Shown: piece after piece, positions 19,689 through 32,025 of the stretch
Layout of the letters: each line of letters starts with the position of its first letter
How positions within the stretch are numbered: the first letter of the stretch is position 1
Assembly: GCA_020891255.1 (NCBI GenBank)
Contig: BQFW01000006.1
Location: 496,001-560,000, forward strand
Origin: Entomortierella parvispora E1425
Lineage: Eukaryota > Fungi > Mortierellomycota
DNA: 64,000 nucleotides
Reading direction: 5' to 3'
The notes under the pieces: model-generated
The model's input: only the letters and a program-made list of their open reading frames with translations
What the model was told of the DNA's origin: nothing
The model's database searches: none
Made by a program: the position numbers and the translations under genes

Positions 19689-21763
19689 ATGCCACGGGAT
19701 CGCAGCGACAACTCTGTCTCGCTCTATGTCAGCGGGTTCAAGGACAACATTCGGTACAGATTCATTGAGCTTGAGTCGTCAATCGAAACGTTGCATCATA
19801 GTTTTTCGTTTACTTGTCACTGATTTCCTGTTTGACATTTCTTCACTCAGTCCAAGCGATCTAGCTGTTCTTTTTGAACCCCACGGAAAGATTGCCGATG
19901 GTATATCATCGCAAAGTTTAAAAAGAGACACCAGCCATGGGAGGACTAGAAACCAACTAACCGCTACTTCCGTTCTTTATAACCCACCTTGTCGCATTAT
20001 CGCGCAGTTTACATCCCCAAGGGTAGGTTTCTATCTTGTGACGATCAATCGTGAAGTGAGATGGTCTAAACTCTCAGTATAACTTACTGTGCCTGCTTCT
20101 TCATAGACTACTACACTGGAAACCCTCGAGGATTTGCCTACATCCAGTACGTTTGAGCCTCTCTCTGTCGAAAACAAGCCGCGTGAAAGAGTGAAGAGAT
20201 AAGGAGAGAGTGAGAGAAACCCCACTGGAGGCGGCGGACCTACATGGTGCCGCAAACATCCTTGTAATTGCACTCAAGCGAGACCAATGATGGAATGAAG
20301 GAGCTGGGTATTGCATCCCGTATCCCTTTTCGTCTCGACGCCTCCTTGCCGCCCTTCTTTGGGCACGAGCGCGTTTGTTTACCGCGCCCCCTACGTTTTT
20401 ATCTTCCTTCCTCCTTTTGATATTGCGTGCCAAGTCAAGATACTCAATGGACGTGATCCTATAGCAAGACGGTTCTTCACTTCAAGTGTTTATACAAGTT
20501 GTTTGACAAGAGTGTGCAGAGATGCGGTGGCACGGACAAGCAAAAATGACTGCAGGACGCAAAACAAGGAGGCCTCACCTCTTTGCGATATTGCGATTTG
20601 GACCAACGGGACCCCCCAATGACCTTTTATTATGGAAGAGACAGGTCATTGACCATGGGAAGCAAGATCGGCAGAGAGTTTCAAGAGTGGTCTTCTCCCT
20701 TTTACCTCATTTCACCTTCAAGAACCTGGAGTGACATCCCCAAGAATCAGTACATTTTCTTCTCCCCCTCTCCCCCTCTCTCCCTCTCTCCACCTGACCA
20801 AGTCAAGCGGATGCCCTTTCTGGACAATGGAGCAAGACGGCGGGCAAGGCAAACAAGAAGAGATATCGTTTCCTCAAGACCCTAACTCCACGCTCCTCCA
20901 TTACCAACCGGCTCCCTGCCTTTATTTTCGTCCCCTTCAGGTACCACGATGACGAGGATGCAAGACGCGTCTTTGAGTCTGGCGAGAAGTTCACACTGGA
21001 CGGTCGCAAGCTCGATTTGCAGTACGCCCAGGGCAGAAGAAAGAGTAAGTTTACTGCATTTTTTTTTTTTTTTTTTTTTTTTTGTGTAGCTTTGCATAGC
21101 AATCTAACGGGCTTTTCATATGCAACTCTAGGCCCTAATCAGATGAGAGGGTAAAAAAGAGCTGCTGCTTATACTGACTATGCTCTGTTTTGTTCAGTCT
21201 TGAACCAGTTTGCTCTGATGTAGGAGGCTAACTTATGAATGTGCTTTTTATAGTGGTGGAGGTCGTGGGGGAGACAGAGAACGCGGTGGTGGTCGTCGCC
21301 GCTCTCGCTCTCCTGATCGCTACCGTCCAAGGTAAGACGCATTTGCGATTGACTTAGATAGATGGAAGATAGAGCACTGGCTAACAGAGAACTTTTCCTT
21401 AGCTCTCGCCGTTACTCTCGCTCTCGCTCTCCCTCGGGCGATCGTCGTGCTCGTCGTCGTGATAGCCGTAGCCCTGTTCGTCGTGGTGGCAGATCTCGTT
21501 CGCGTTCTCCCCCTCGTCGTCGCTCTCCTTCGCCTCGTCGCCGCTCGCCTTCTCCCAGACGTCGCCCCTCCCGATCTCGCTCCCCTATTGGTAGCCGTGG
21601 CCGCAGCGGCTCACGGGATGTCCGTCGTCGCGGATCCATCTCTCGTTCACCTCCAAGACACGATGGCGGTGGTCGCTACAGTGCAACACCCGAGCGTGAA
21701 CGCAACATGTCGACTGGAGAGCAGGGCGAGATTATGGAACAGGGAGAGTTCGGTGGTCAATAA
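19689..21763 (+). CDS. SR splicing factor, RRM plus RS domain (SRSF10/SCL-like), about 8 exons
   Basis: Spliced reading MPRDRSDNSVSLYVSGFKDNIR|PSDLAVLFEPHGKIAD|VYIPK|DYYTGNPRGFAYIQ|YHDDEDARRVF...LDGRKLDLQYAQGRRK|SPNQMR|G..., followed by a long RS/RSP-repeat exon. RNP2 and RNP1 are present. Confidence 0.9.
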
Positions 21764-23266
21764 GCTGTCCCGATTGCGCTTGGATTTTTTCTCTTTGATT
21801 TTGCGTAGCAGAACAATTGATCAGTAAACATTTCTTTTTTTTGTATCTGTTTGTTGATAATGATGTTGAGCGAGTACGTGGGATTATCTCGAGATGATAT
21901 GACAGAATATCAGTCTAATAACAGCCTTGTCTAAGCAGCTCGAAAGAAGAAAAAAAAGGTGCAGTCTGGCCTTGCTTTTTAAGACCGGAACTGCACAACT
22001 TCGATGTCTGGCAGAATAGCTTGCTTTTTTTTTGTTTGTTGAGAAAGATAAAGAGGCAGAGTAACTCTCAGAATGTGCGACCGCCCTTATCATAGCCCAC
22101 AAGTGGACTAGACAAGATCATCAATAAGCAACAAAGGACTCTTCCGAAGAAAAGAACTCTGAGCTTCGCTTCCCTCTATGGGCAGCGCACTTCAACTCAT
22201 CGTCGAGAGTAAACTGTGTGTCTAAGTTGGAAAACAAAGACTGGAGATGAACTAGACAGAAATCCTGTAAAGTACGATCATAAGGAGAAAAAAAGTTCCT
22301 GTTGCTCCCTTTCTTTTATAGTCCACTGGGACGGCTCTTTCAGCAGTCATGCATGCGCCACAAAAAAAGAAAAAAAAATCATCAAACACCGTTACGATGG
22401 GATGCTGGTCTCAATTCTCATACAAGTTGCAGCGGTCAATTTCATTTGGAGTGTCTCGATGAAAGTGCATTCCGTCCTCAATCCACCTGCTTGAGACCCG
22501 GGAACTACCTTCTGGCAAAAATCCATGCGCCACAGGCGCCTCTGATTTGCTGCCATCACTCTAATCTTACAATCGGATCTCCATTCCATTATATTTGGTA
22601 ACAAGATCAAAGATCGCCTCCCTTTGGAAATTATATCACATCTAGAAACTACATCGAAGCTGCAAAGGGCGTGTAGTCACATTTTTGTTTATTTTCTTTT
22701 TTTTCGTTAACATCATTTTTAACTGTTGTTATTAGAAGAGGAGAGAGTATCTATGGAGGGCTGGGCGACACAGAAGTAGTAGGGTTAGACACAAGTACTT
22801 TTCCGGTAATCATTGAATGAAGTTATAAGTGTGAGGGGGAGGTTCGTCGCACTCGTTGATCCACGATACAACGAGAGGATCGGAAGTGAGAAAAGTCAGA
22901 ACTTCTTAGAGATTATACGGAGTCATAGGATGTTTGGTCCTGGTATAGTAATAAAGTTGTCATCATACAAGCCAGTAGCTTGTTGCAGGAAGGGGAAAAG
23001 AAGAGTGTTCGAGAAAAGTAGATCAGAGTGGGTAACTTACATTGAGAAGGGGTTGGTGAAGAAGAGATCAGTTCGGCGCGCAAAGAAAATTTATGCAGAA
23101 AAAAAAAAAAATCGGTACTGTCACGGAAGATATTTCGAGTCGTAAGGGCTGCGATCTGATAAGCTGGTTCCTTTTTCTACCTCTTTTTGTTCTCTGTCCT
23201 GGCCGCAGTTCTTCCTCTCTTGTTCATCCTCAAGCTCTGCTAACATTCATTTCATACCTAGCACAC

Positions 23267-24787
23267 ATGCCACGCCTCGAACAACTCGCCGTGCTGCAAG
23301 GTGCCTTCATTATGTTTCGTTCGCCTTTCATCGCCTTTTTTTGGTTGTGTCTTGCTCATCTGACTAATGCCATTTCACCGCCCCTCAATGTATCCGCAGG
23401 CCACGAAGACCGTGTCTGGTGCGCCAGTTGGCATCCCACAAAGCCCATCCTCGCCACATGTAGTGGTGACAAGACTGTTCGAATTTGGCAAGCAACCAAT
23501 GCCAGTGACCCAACGCAGTGGCAATGCATCAATGTTCTGGAAGGCGGTCACAAGAGAACCATCCGCTCAGTTGCCTGGTCACCAGACGGTCGTCAACTCG
23601 CCACAGGATCCTTCGACGCTACGACTGGAATCTGGGAACGGGATGAGGACGAAAGTGGAGGTACGGTATTTAATTCCGGTGCTTTTTTTCATGAGCAGTG
23701 GTGGTTCATTGTTTGTGCTCTTGAATTTGTAATATGCCCGCCCCGGGTGCAGGAAAGGAGTCAACGGATCAGATCGGGAACAAAACGACAAATTCTAAAT
23801 GCTCTGTCAACAAGGGGGAACAAAAAATATATATCCAGGGCATGGGATCATTTGGACTCACCTTAACTGTTACGACTCTTCCTTAGACTACGAGTGCGTG
23901 GCGACGCTGGAGGGACACGAGAACGAGACAAAGTCAATAGCGTGGTCCAAGAGTGGCGCCTTGTTGGCGACCTGTTCCCGTGACAAGAGTGTTTGGATCT
24001 GGGAGGTAGAGGAGGATAATGATTTTGAATGTCTGAGTGTCTTGCAGGAACATACCCAGGATGTGAAGATGGTTGCTTGGCACCCTAATGAGGAGGTAAG
24101 CTGACGTACTCCAGAAGACAACCTTGGAGGATCATCCTGAACCTATTTACTAATCGGTTAACTCATGGTATGAATTCTTGCTTCTTATGTTTTTAGCTAC
24201 TTGCTTCTGCCAGTTACGACGACACTATTAAAATTTGGAGAGACGATGATGACGATTGGTACTGCGCAGATACTCTTCAGGGACACGAGTCGACTGTTTG
24301 GGCTATCGATTTTGATCCTTCTGGCAACCACTTGGTGTCTGCTAGCGCGGATCAGACCCTGAAGATCTGGCGACGGTATGCACCAGGAAACGCTACAGGG
24401 ATCATGACTCCTCGTCGAGGAGAGGCAGTGTGGAAGTGTGTAGCCACCGTCAAGGATCAACATGAACGTTGCATCTACTCGGTTTCATGGTCCAAAGTTC
24501 ATGGAATGATTGCATCCTCTGGAGCAGACAACATAATCCGCCTCTTTTCAGTTCAGGAGGTGGACGAGTCGGCAGCCGTCGAAGGAAAGCTGACGCCAGA
24601 ACAAATCAAGGCCACGAACGAGCCTGGAGTGCAGCTGCAAGCCATTAAAGTGACTGAGGTCCCTAGCGCACATGGAACCAGTGATATTAACTCCGTAGCC
24701 TGGTACCCCAATGAAGACCACGCAGACTGGTTGGCATCAGGAGGAGACGATGGCTCTGTCCGGATCTGGAGAGTTGTCAGAGATTGA
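23267..24787 (+). CDS. CIA1: WD40 cytosolic iron-sulfur assembly protein Cia1/CIAO1, 4 exons
   Basis: [12 protein letters not shown]|[12 protein letters not shown]...[16 protein letters not shown]...[12 protein letters not shown]; [20 protein letters not shown]...[11 protein letters not shown]; [13 protein letters not shown]; [12 protein letters not shown]...DDDWYC; LASGGDDG. Confidence 0.93.
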
Positions 24788-25666
24788 TAATGTTTGCTCA
24801 TAGAAAAGAGAGACCGAATAGCACCTGCACACCTAGAGTCAAAGGACCATAACTGTAATAAACTATAGCCTGGCGTGACAGCTAATGTTCGGGAATATGA
24901 CGGGCGTTTCATACGAAGTGATGCATTTTTGTTATTGTCCTTGTCCGTGTAAGTTAGGAAATGGTTATTTTGACCCGCAGTTTCCAAGACTCAACAACTT
25001 CAAGGGATGGATGTCAATGCCTAGCAGTATCTTCCTTCTCTACGGAAGAATGCATACCCGGACAGAATTCGATTCAGAAAAGAAGGAAAGAAATGAAATG
25101 CATGGAATAGGAGGGCTCTCTACCAGCATGGAGATGTTACGAGGACCTTCAAATTATTACTCGACTGCCCGTTTGTTTTGTTTCTTTCTTTTTGCGTGCT
25201 CTCATTCGGGACCCCAATCCACATTTACTGGGTTCGGGGGCGGGTTTCTTAGACCAGGGCCTTTAAAGCAGGGAAAAGGGCGTACGGGAATAAAATGATT
25301 TGAAGTTTCTTTCATGATTGAATGGGCCGGGAAGAAAATGAGAGAGACACGACCATTTTTATAGAGTAGTTGTTATTGAGGCATGGTTGTAAAAAAGTCA
25401 TGACAATCATTAAATGATACTTCCACCTGTCCTATTTCAGAAAGCAGGGGGAGAGAAGATGAAGTGATAAAACTATATAAAAAAGAATATTAGACTACAT
25501 GAGGGTTGCATTTGTCAAAAATGATCAATTGAAAGGCAGTAGCAAGGGAACGATAATAACAGGATCGAAGAAAACAAAGAGGCAAGTAAAGAATGAAAAG
25601 AAAACGGCAAAACAAAGAGCAAAGGGGAAAGGGAGGAAAGAGAAAGGAGGGAGTCTTCTTTTTTTT

Positions 25667-27219
25667 TTAAACTGCTGTTGCGGATGTAGAGGTAGATCCT
25701 TGAGACTTGACAAGGGCGGCGTACTTCTTGGAGGGTCTTTGAGGAGTTGATTGAACCGTGCCCTTAGACTCGATTTTGGGCAGGAACGTGACCTGGGGAC
25801 GGTACTGGCAGATATACTCCAGGGATCTTTCCTTGAAGTATTTGGGGACCATCTTCATAAGCAAAAAGCGACCAGCCGTATCCAACCACGTCTAGCAGGA
25901 TCAAGGTGAGAGTAGATATTTTCTTTGTTCAATAACTCTGTCAGTTCTTCCCAAAAAAAACAGGCAGTTAAATTCGTTTTACCTTTCCGGCTAAAATAGT
26001 GGCGCTTTGCTGCTTGGGCGAAAGATCCCGTTCGTCCGTGGGGAAACGCTCTGCATAGAATTCCTCAAAGGCACGAGTGATGTTCTTGTGATTGGCATTA
26101 GGCATCTCGTACAGCGCGTTGGACAAGATGATAGCGTCGAGGATGGCATTCAAGGCACCGAAGTTGGGAAGAACCTTTACGAGTAGAAGAGAAAGTTAAT
26201 GAGATGCAGTGCTAGGTGGTGTGCACAGGTAGTTTTTTGCTCAGAGCTACACATGTCAGTCAATCTTACTCGGTGGGCAGCTATTTTCGAACACGACATT
26301 GAGAGATATAATCGAGTCAGAATATACATGCTTGTCGGATAGAGAGAGAATCGAGACAAAATAGAAATAAATTAAGTACCATCGCCAATGAGAACAGTCC
26401 TCTTGTGGTACCAGCTCTGGGGAACATTCTCCTCAAGGACGACCTTGGAAAGACGCTCCTTGGGTGTGGCATCAAACATCTGTCCAAGATTGCCCATGAT
26501 GGCCAGCTCATATTTGCGAAAGTCAGGGTTGATGCTCTCCTTAGGGAAGGCCAGGTAGTCCGAGTTCTTCCATGCCTCAATATCTTCTGGAGTCATCGAG
26601 TTGCTCTGGTAGTCGAATCTCCAGCAGACCCTGTTATCGGTGGCCGTGAAGTATCTCCAAGTCTCGCCACGACCTTCGCCAATGATAGTGTCTGAGTGTG
26701 ATTCCTCCTCGCCCAAACCTTCGTAATTTGCAGGGTCCAAGTTCTCAGCAACGCCGAGATAACTCATGATGTGAATCTGAGGCTCATCAACCTTGATCTT
26801 GGGCGTCATTCCATCCTTCTCCATGTCTTTGTACATGGCTTTGCGAACGTCACTGTAAGCGCCATCTGCTCCAATGAGGAGATCACCTGTATAAGTAGAC
26901 TTGTCCTCACAAGTGATCGTAACAGTCTCAAGGTCTTGCTGCAGTGAAACAATCTTCTTGCCCATGTGGATCTTTTCTTTTGGGACGTGCGACAAAAGCA
27001 GGGCATGGAACTCTGGACGGGATGTTACCAAAGTATCATAGCCAGTTCTATCGGGAGGAGAACATCACCAAATGTGAGTTGGATGCAACAACGGCTGTTG
27101 TGTAAACCAGGAGCAAACAATGGTTCTATTGCTGACAGAGCCATGTGCTGTTGTGCATGGTGCCACAAAACACGTTGTGTATTAAGCAACAGGATTGATT
27201 GAACGCCCATGGCATGTCC

Positions 27220-27255
<36 letters not shown>

Positions 27256-27579
27256 AGCACAAACGAAAGTTGATCACGAAGCTTACCCCAACTTGTTCTC
27301 TCTGAGGCGGATCTCACGAATGACCTCCATGTCCTGCTTGAAGATCGTGTTGATCTCCACAGTAGTAGATATCTTTTTGAGGTCCTCGAGCATCCCAAGT
27401 TGATCAACGGCGGCCATGATGTTATAACTGAGGCCGCAGGCAGCACCCAGGGGAAGAAATTCTGTGTTGCTTTCGAAGATCTGGTAATCAAGACCGGCTT
27501 TCTCGAGCAGAATACCCATAAAGAGACCACCGATGCCGCCGCCAGCGATAAGAATTTTTGGTGATGTGGGAGTGGACAT
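25667..27579 (-). CDS. FAD-dependent monooxygenase (FAD_binding_3/UbiH-like family), multi-exon
   Basis: GxGxxG (KILIAGGGIGGL), DLLIGADGAYSDVR, RTVLIGD|AAHR|VLPNFG, YRPQVTFLP; stop at 25667. Confidence 0.9.
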
Positions 27580-30500
27580 GGCTATGGCACGAATAGGTTG
27601 GGAAGCGAGATTGGGAGGAACAGAGCGCGCGGTATTGGTAGAGTATGAAGAGAGGACTCTGTTTGTAGTCGAATGGGATCAGATGGCGAATGGGATCAGA
27701 TGGCGAATGGAAGGATGAAATGAGGCGAGGAAGGGAAAGATGAAGAGAAATGGGGGGATGAGGCGCGGACAAGGAACAACGGATGGACAACGTCGATGGA
27801 GGCGTGCGATGGGTGAAGAGAGCCAGGTCAGAAAGAAACCGAAAAAAGAAAGTTTATGGATCCATAGCATGCAGCCCGCCTCTGTTGATGATCACATATT
27901 TAAAGTGTAATGCAACGGTTGCAAATGAGGTCCACTTCACGTCGCAAACCGGTTGTCCCTGGGTCTGCGTTCCTTCTTCGCCGACCTTCTGTTCCTTGCT
28001 CATGCTCGGCCGATGCTGGTGCTGCAATCAGTCCATGCTTTTCTTTCTCCCAGTATACTATTAATCCTTGACTTACCCTGTCGCACCCCGCTCTGTACAC
28101 CCCTCTGCATCGAAATGTTACTTACTACCTCCATCATGGTTAGCATCGATGCTGCAACAAGATGGGCCAGTCTCTCTTGCGCCTGCGAGGATGGCTCTCG
28201 GAAGCGTCCCAGGTCCTCTTTCCGTTCCCTGCTCCCTTTGCACAAAAATAAATGAGAGCCATTGTTGCCCGCCCGTCAGCAATCGAGCACAGTCAACCTG
28301 AAGTTTTTGGCTTGAACTTTGAATATTTTTTTTTGAGCCACTTCGAGACACCATTGTTTGGCTATTGCTTTTGCATTTTGGCAGGTTGATACCGCGATGA
28401 TTTTTTCCGCTTTGTTTGCCTATCTTCAGTAAAAAGTTGGCTCAGTTGAAGACGGCAAATAAAAAACCAGTCAAGCCTAGCCAACGATGCGACAGAAGCC
28501 CAAATTTTTTTACTAGGCCAGTCAGTTCGCGTTCGAGCTGGCAGCACCATATTGATGGATCCATTGGGACTGGAGCCCTATAAGGCTCATAAACCGATTT
28601 TTTTTACCAGATCGTGGCCCTCCAAAAAGCCATGTTATTATTATTGATTCGCGCTCCCTATCGATCAATACAACTTGTTTGGCAAATCCTTCGGCCCTCC
28701 TTGACCACCTTGTCCAACATTTACACGAAGGACTTGCTAAACGCAAGGGGTGTAAGCCATGTGCAGCAGAAGGACAGCAACACGATGGCCACACGTGAAT
28801 CATCATACCAATCTATGTTTACGATTTGCCATTCGATATCTCCACTCCGTCCTCCTCTGTTACTATTGCACCATGTGTCTCTCAGGACTGGTCTCTTGCG
28901 TCCATTTCGACTTTAATAAATTTTTCGCTACATGCTATTTTGACCTAGTCCACTGATTTGTCAATGGTGTCGCTGTGCCAGGGTCGTGCATGTGTTGCTC
29001 CGTTACCTTGGGCTGGAGTCCGTGACATGGGTTGATAGGATTCAACTCCACAAAGACGATGGCATTTCTATGGTTAATGGTTGGAGAATGTTTGGAGTAT
29101 GAGCTGGTAGTTGTGTCCCTTGGTGCCCTTCAGAACCAATTCTGTCTCTCTCACTCTGCTCATACGATCTTTCGGTTGTGTTAGGATCGTTTCGCATGCT
29201 GGGCACAGTAGAGCAGCCTCGAAGCCCCGGTTTGCACATCTTACATAAAAATAAAAAAAAACATCTGTGGATCGATCATTTAAAAACAACATCCAAATCA
29301 CAGGTACCAGGAGCCTGGAGGACATAGACCTACGAGAACATGTAGTAACGCAGGCCTATAACAGAAAACTAGGATCAGTATTGGTGCTAGGGGTAAAGAC
29401 TCGTTCCTGGATAAGAAACTGCTTTGGACTGATACCTTCTCTTGAGATCCATGAGTGGCTGTACGTGTCAGCAGGTTGCCTGCAAGTTGGGGGCGTAGAG
29501 TGAATACGGGCCATTTAAGACCAGAAAGGCTAACAGAGTACATCCGTCATACACTTTAGCTCCTGTTCAGCCATTAAATAAGAGCGTGAATGTGAGGAGC
29601 AAGTGTGTAGATGAAATATGTAACCTTGGGAGGCAAGGACAGAGGGAGAGGAGCAAAAAAGCGAAGGAAAGAACTCTCGAAACGATGCCTGACTGATTTA
29701 TCCGCCACACAAAGCGTCTCCTCTTGGATCTTGCTCTTCTGAAGGTCACTCTTTCTTTCCTCAGGTAAACCTCGTTCCTATCCTCTATCCAGGCTACAAG
29801 ATACTGATGGTCCCTCATCCGTCCATGCATATTTTTTTTTTGGCCATGCTCAATTCTCTTGACGACAAATTATAAATTCCATGTCGCATGTGCTTTGTGG
29901 CAACCTCCACAATTACAACACCAATTGAATCGGACATTATTGTTGAGAAGGAACAGGGCATGGCGGGGCTGGAGATTTGTTTTTTGAGAGGCGCCGCTCT
30001 TGCCTCGTGTAGTGTTGCATCTCGCTGCAAGAACAACAGCTCGATCGTGGTTGCTCTTGTTGCTTTTTTTTGTGCTACGCCCGTTCTTCCTTTGCGGCTC
30101 TCTCTCATTGGAATCCAACCCGCTCTCCTTCATTATTCATTTTAGATCCCAGCAGACTAATGCCACATGGCCTTGTCCTTATGCAGCCCTCTTGTCCTCC
30201 GGTGTCCTATCCATCTCCTGGCCCCATTGCGCTCCAACTGGTCCACCACCATCAGTGAGCCGAGGTCTTCTTTTGCATCGAGTAAACAACCCGCTGTGAT
30301 CTTACTTTGTATGACAAGTGCCTCCCGCCCACGCAAGTGATCGAGTGAGAATACCCTCCCGTTTCTTCATTTCAAAAAAGAAAAACAGCCTGCATGTCGC
30401 ACACAAAAAACAGAGTTGGCTCCAACCAGGACCGTTTGTTTTCTTGGTCAGTTGCCTTTCCTGTTTCTGCTAGCTAGGTGCACTCCAGAAAGCACTTCGC

Positions 30501-30834
30501 ACAAAAGAAAAAAGACTAGAGACGGGAGACCAGCTGGAAGTTTGCAGGTCCTTTCCTCGACGCGATTAATTCAGAGATGGAGTGCTCGTGCCTGTAAACT
30601 CTTCGTTTAACCGTATGCATGTCCACATGCATGCGGTCACTGAAGGTCAGAGTCACAACATATAGTCTATAAAAGAGAGACGAATCCTCTCTCTTCGCAA
30701 CAATTCCTTGATCACAAAACTCCTTGTCCTTGCCCTTGATCTTGATCTTCAGCTTTACTCTCGTCTCTTCCACTACCAGGTAGTCTTGGACCTTAAAATC
30801 TCTTTTTCTCCACGGTCCTTCAAGAAACCCCCAC

Positions 30835-32025
30835 ATGCTGCTTCGCTCTCGTTTAGCCGCCACTTGTTGCTGTTTAGCACTCGCAACCGCCCTTTTCTCG
30901 CTGCCACAGGCAATTGCGCAATCACTTGCACCAAAATCGGATGTAGTCAAGCGGGCCTTCTCAGGCGACGCACCCGACGACCCAGGCCCTCTCGCCACAG
31001 ACCTCTCATCCAAGCTGAAAAGTCCTGACATTCAGTATGCAATGAAGAAAGTTGCTGACTGGCAGCTTCGCGTCGCGGAGTCAAAGTTCAACTCGCTATG
31101 GACCTTTGCTGCACTCTACGATGGCCTCATTGCTGCTTCTGCCACCACCGGCAATCCCGCTTACCGCAAAGCTGTAGAAGAGTATGCCGACCAACAGCAT
31201 TGGATCCTCATTGACGATCGTTTCCCTCACGCCGACGACATGGCCCTCGGTAAATCTTACACCGAACTCTACCTCACTGAAGCTCCTGCCGAGCAGAAAC
31301 CAGATCAAATCGCCAACACCAAGGCCAACCTTGACCGCTTACTGGTCCGTCCTGATGACCCGGATAAGAACCTTTGGTGGTGGTGTGATGCCCTCTACAT
31401 GGCGCCCCCCGTCCTTGTCCGTATGGCCAAAATCACTGGCAACCACAAGTACATCGACTATATGAATCACGAGTGGGACCTCACCACAGCCGATCTCTAC
31501 AGCCCCATTGAGCACCTCTTCTTCCGCGACGACCGCTACTTGAACCAAACTGAGGCCAACGGCAAGCCGCTGTTCTGGTCGCGCGGGAATGGCTGGGTCA
31601 TGGGCGCACTAGTGCTGATCCTGCAGGACCTTCCCATCCACGATCCCTCCCGTTCTAAATTTACCACCCAGCTGCAAGACATGGCTGCGACCCTGGCCGC
31701 AATACAGAGCCCGGATGGGCTTTGGCGTTCAGGTCTCCTCGACCCTGCCTCCTATGATCTACCCGAAATCTCTGGCTCCGCCTTCTTTACCTTCGCGATG
31801 GCCTATGGCATCAATGAACACATCCTCGATCGCAAAAAGTATGAGCCCGTCGTCGCCAAAGCCTGGGCCGGCATGCTAAATCACATTTACGCCGACGGTC
31901 GCCTGGGCTCGATCCAACCCGTCGATGCTGCACCTGGAAAATTCAAACCCTCAGCCAGTAGCGTCTTTGGCGTTGGAGGCTTCTTACTTGCAGGCTCCGA
32001 AGTCAACCGCTTGGCTCGCCGCTAA
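30835..32025 (+). CDS. Secreted unsaturated (rhamno)galacturonyl/glucuronyl hydrolase, GH105 (Glyco_hydro_88 clan, YteR-like), intronless
   Basis: Signal peptide. Motifs HADD, WWWCDALYMAPP (catalytic Asp position), HLFFRD, FWSRGNGWV, QSPDGLWRSGLLDP, EISGSAFFTFAMAYGI and FGVGGFLLAG. TATAAAA at 30668-30674. Confidence 0.92.
   Translation: MLLRSRLAATCCCLALATALFSLPQAIAQSLAPKSDVVKRAFSGDAPDDPGPLATDLSSKLKSPDIQYAMKKVADWQLRVAESKFNSLWTFAALYDGLIAASATTGNPAYRKAVEEYADQQHWILIDDRFPHADDMALGKSYTELYLTEAPAEQKPDQIANTKANLDRLLVRPDDPDKNLWWWCDALYMAPPVLVRMAKITGNHKYIDYMNHEWDLTTADLYSPIEHLFFRDDRYLNQTEANGKPLFWSRGNGWVMGALVLILQDLPIHDPSRSKFTTQLQDMAATLAAIQSPDGLWRSGLLDPASYDLPEISGSAFFTFAMAYGINEHILDRKKYEPVVAKAWAGMLNHIYADGRLGSIQPVDAAPGKFKPSASSVFGVGGFLLAGSEVNRLARR

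Noticed and set aside
27670-27710. Short tandem repeat GAATGGGATCAGATGGC (about 2.3 copies), and (CA)n/(GA)n tracts elsewhere
   Set aside because: Ordinary simple repeats in UTR or intergenic DNA. There is no spacer structure, so not CRISPR-like.
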